The notes below the pieces were generated by a model. The model was given only the letters and a program-made list of their open reading frames with translations, did not search any database and had not been told where the DNA came from. The position numbers and the translations under genes were made by a program. Shown piece after piece: positions 61,039 to 64,000 of a DNA stretch of 64,000 bases. Source of the DNA: Planctomycetota bacterium (GTDB lineage: Bacteria; Planctomycetota; B15-G4; SIAN01); assembly GCA_031409275.1 (NCBI GenBank), contig JANNXA010000050.1:128001-192000 (forward strand), read 5' to 3'. Positions within the stretch are counted from its first letter, which is position 1, and each line of letters opens with the position of its first letter.

Positions 61039-62571
61039 TCAGTCCACTCGCCCCCCCGCCGCGCGGGCGGCCGCGACCAGCGCGCCGCTCTTCACCAGCT
61101 CGGTGAGCGCTTCGAGGTCGGGGGCGAGGTAGCGATCGTCGGCCAGCGTCTTCACGCGGCGACGCACCAGCCGATGGACCGCCTGCAGCGGGGCCGTCGT
61201 GCGCAGCTTCTTCTCGAAGTCGAGCCCCTGCGCCGCGCACAGCAACTCGATGGCCACGACACGCTCGGCGCACTCGACGATCTGCAGCGCCTTGCGCGCC
61301 GCGATCGGCCCCATCGAGACGTGGTCCTCTTTGTTGGCCGAGGTCGGAATCGAGTCGACCGAGGCGGGAAAGGAGAGCGCCTTGCACTCGCTCACCAGCG
61401 CGGCGGCGACCACCTGCGGGATCATGAAACCGGAGTTGATGCCGGGCCTGGGCGTGAGGAACGCGGGCAGGCCGGAGAGATCGGGATTGACCAGGTTCTC
61501 GGTGCGCCGCTCGCTGATCGAAGCGAGGTCGGCGATGGCGGCCGCGATGCGATCGGCGGTGGCGGCGATCGGTTGCGCGTGGAAATTGCCGCCCGAGAGC
61601 ATCTCGCCCTCTTCCGCGAAGACGAGCGGGTTGTCGGTCGACGCGTTGATCTCGATCTCGACCACGCGGCGCGCCTCGACCAGCGCGTCGCGACAGGCGC
61701 CGTGCACCTGCGGCGCGCAGCGCATCGAGTAGGGATCCTGCACGCGCCCGCAGTCGGCGTGCGAGGCGAGGATCGGGCTGCCGTCGAGCAAACCGTAGAG
61801 GTTCTTCGCAACGCGAAGCTGGCCGGGATGGGGCCGCGCTTCGTGGATGCGCCGATCGAACGCCTTGTTCGTCCCCTTCAGCGCCTCGATGGTGAGCGCG
61901 CAGGCGAGGTCGGCCGTGCGCGCGAGGTTCTCCGCCCGCAGCAGTGCCTGGGCGCAGATCGCGGTCGTCACCTGCGTGCCGTTGATCAGCGAGATCCCTT
62001 CCTTCGCCTGCAACCGCAGCGGCTCGATGCCCGCCTTCTTCAGCGCCGCCGCGATCGGCAGCGAGCGACCGCGCAGGCGCGCGTCGTCGCCTTCGCCGAT
62101 CAGCGCCAGCGCCAGATGGGCCAGCGGTGCGAGGTCGCCCGATGCGCCCACCGATCCCTGTTCCGGCACCGCCGGGACGAGGTCGGCCGCGAGCAGCGCC
62201 GCGAGCTTCTCGACGACCGCCAGGCGCACGCCGCTGCGACCGGTCGCGAAGGTGCGCGCGCGCAACACGATCAGCACCCGCACCAGCTCGGGCGAGAGCG
62301 GACGGCCGACGCCGCACGCATGGCTGCGCAGCAGGTTCACCTGGAGCTGCTCGAGCTCGGCCGCGCCGATCCGCTCGCGCGAGAGTTTGCCGAAGCCGGT
62401 GTTGACGCCGTAGACGGTGGCGCCGGAGCGCAGCATCCGCTCGACCACTTTGCGAGCGGCCTTCACCTTGCGCCGGACATCGGCACCCACGGCGAGCGTG
62501 ACCGCTTCGCCGGCGAAGATCGGAGCGAGGTCGTCGAGGGTCAACGGCGTGCTGGTGAAGGTGAGCTTCAT
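61039..62571 (-). CDS. hutH: Histidine ammonia-lyase
   Basis: YGVNTGFG, SHACGVG, GSVGASGDLAPL (MIO ASG), QDPYSMRC, SGGNFH, EDHVSMG. Confidence 0.97.
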   Translation of the reverse strand: MKLTFTSTPLTLDDLAPIFAGEAVTLAVGADVRRKVKAARKVVERMLRSGATVYGVNTGFGKLSRERIGAAELEQLQVNLLRSHACGVGRPLSPELVRVLIVLRARTFATGRSGVRLAVVEKLAALLAADLVPAVPEQGSVGASGDLAPLAHLALALIGEGDDARLRGRSLPIAAALKKAGIEPLRLQAKEGISLINGTQVTTAICAQALLRAENLARTADLACALTIEALKGTNKAFDRRIHEARPHPGQLRVAKNLYGLLDGSPILASHADCGRVQDPYSMRCAPQVHGACRDALVEARRVVEIEINASTDNPLVFAEEGEMLSGGNFHAQPIAATADRIAAAIADLASISERRTENLVNPDLSGLPAFLTPRPGINSGFMIPQVVAAALVSECKALSFPASVDSIPTSANKEDHVSMGPIAARKALQIVECAERVVAIELLCAAQGLDFEKKLRTTAPLQAVHRLVRRRVKTLADDRYLAPDLEALTELVKSGALVAAARAAGGRVD

Positions 62572-62676
62572 GGTGGGCCGAGAGCGTAGCAGCCGTCCGC
62601 AGCGAGGGCGTAAGCTCGCGCCCCGCGTCTCGTCCTCCCGCCGTCCCCTGCCACTCCCCTGACGGAACGCCACGCC

Positions 62677-64000
62677 TTGAGCGCCAAGCCAAATCGCCCT
62701 GTTGCAGCGCCGGTTCGTGAACCGGCCCGCGAACCCGCTCGCCCCGAGTCGGCCGAACCGTCGCGATCACGACGCTTCGTCGCCCACCTGCCGCGCGCCG
62801 GGCTCGTCCTCTTCTTGATCGCGATCGTCATCGTCTTCCGCGAGGTGCTGCTGCCGTTCGTCCTCGCGATCTTCGTCGCGTACCTCATCTATCCGATCGT
62901 CTCGCGCCTCGAGCGCATCCCCGTGGGCAAGCGCCACCCGCCGCGCTGGCTGGCGGTGGTCAGCGTCTACGCGCTGCTCTTCACGCTGGGTTGGTTCGGC
63001 GTGCCGCCGTTGGTGGGCAACGTCTCGGCGCAGCTGCGCAAGCTCGGCAGCGACCTCCCCAGCCACTTCCAGTGGGTCCAGAAGCAGCGCAAGGGGTTCG
63101 ATGAGTGGGTCGCCAACAAGCTCGAGGTCGAGCACCTCACGGCGCCGACTCCCGAACTCCTCTACGCTGACATCGACGACCTCGCCACCGACACGCTCGA
63201 AGCGCTTCCGGCCAACGAGGAAGAGCTGCTGCTGCCGCCGCCACCGAAACTCGATCCGCCGCCGGCCAAGGGCGAGGCGACCAGCGCGCCGACGATCGTG
63301 CAGCTCTTCGCCATCAATTTGACGCTGGGAGATGGCAGCAAAGTGCCGCTTGTGCCAGCGGCCGCCGGAGGCGACACGAACGCCACGGATCCGCCGGCGC
63401 CCGACGCCCAGAACGGTGGCGAGACGATCGAAGAGGGTGACGACCACCGCGACTCGTCGAGCTTCAACGCGCCGGCCACCCTGCGCTTCGACGCCGAGCG
63501 CGGCACGGCGCTGAAGAAGGAGCTGTTCGACGCGATCAACGCCGAGCTCAAGCGCCCCGGCCTCGCGAAGGGCGTGGCGGCGAAGGTCGAGCGCGAGATC
63601 GTGCCTGCGCTCGCGGCCAAGCACCTCGGCCTGCCAGACGGAGATCCCGGGATCGCCCGACTGGCTCGCAACGTCGGGCTGCGCGTTCGCGATGCGGTGA
63701 AGCAGGAGGACTACGCCAGCGTCGTCAACGCCTACGTCGTCGCCGGTCTCGAAACGGCACGGCGCTGGGTCCAGGCAGAGCTCGCTGGACTGCTCGGCTG
63801 GGTCACCGGCCTCGCGCACGGCGTCTTCGACTTCTTCATGGTGCTGATGCTCACCGCGTTCTTCCTGATCTTCTTCCCGACCATCCGCGACTACATGCGC
63901 GATCTCGTCGCACCGCCCTACCGAGAGGACTACGGCGCGGTGCTGAAGCGCATCGACACGCGTCTGTCAGGCGCCATCCGCGGCCAGGTGCTGATCTGCC
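62677..64000 (+). CDS. AI-2E family transporter with large insertion (3' truncated)
   Basis: Frame from TTG 62677 reads VLLPFVLAIFVAYLIYPIVSRLE and ends LTAFFLI...IDTRLSGAIRGQVLIC at the window edge; absent from the ORF track because there is no stop. Confidence 0.85.
   Translation, partial: MSAKPNRPVAAPVREPAREPARPESAEPSRSRRFVAHLPRAGLVLFLIAIVIVFREVLLPFVLAIFVAYLIYPIVSRLERIPVGKRHPPRWLAVVSVYALLFTLGWFGVPPLVGNVSAQLRKLGSDLPSHFQWVQKQRKGFDEWVANKLEVEHLTAPTPELLYADIDDLATDTLEALPANEEELLLPPPPKLDPPPAKGEATSAPTIVQLFAINLTLGDGSKVPLVPAAAGGDTNATDPPAPDAQNGGETIEEGDDHRDSSSFNAPATLRFDAERGTALKKELFDAINAELKRPGLAKGVAAKVEREIVPALAAKHLGLPDGDPGIARLARNVGLRVRDAVKQEDYASVVNAYVVAGLETARRWVQAELAGLLGWVTGLAHGVFDFFMVLMLTAFFLIFFPTIRDYMRDLVAPPYREDYGAVLKRIDTRLSGAIRGQVLIC

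Overview
Very GC-rich, gene-dense bacterial window with about 51 credible CDSs; most other long ORFs in the track are GC-driven shadow frames. The gene content (CRTAC1/ASPIC-UnbV protein, DUF1570-like HExxH protein, secreted HEAT-repeat protein, FHA-TM proteins, membrane-anchored beta-sandwich proteins, TPR-redoxin) suggests an uncultured Planctomycetota-like organism (inference). Recognisable housekeeping genes are pcrA/uvrD, acpS, queG, hutU, hutH and an ilvE-like aminotransferase. No rRNA, tRNA, CRISPR array, integrase or transposase gene was seen. Most notable observations: (1) a stand-alone protein with the eukaryotic protein-arginine-methyltransferase (PRMT) motif set, including the double-E loop and THW loop, at 58047-58988; (2) a coupled operon of amino-sugar aminotransferase, N-formyltransferase, GT4, sulfotransferase and a CrtD-like desaturase; (3) a run of proteins missing key functional parts (HTH-less sigma-54 activator, two FHA proteins lacking pThr-binding residues, a radical-SAM homologue without CxxxCxxC); (4) two degenerate integron attC-like hairpins inside a nest of direct repeats; (5) a 179-bp MITE-like hairpin; (6) a sphingomyelin/IPC-synthase-like gene coupled to a GT2; (7) two matching sigma-28-like promoters in front of a PilZ-cNMP gene and a small flagellar-rod-like gene. 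Several starts were moved from the ORF track using RBS, overlap and N-terminal homology logic and are best estimates.
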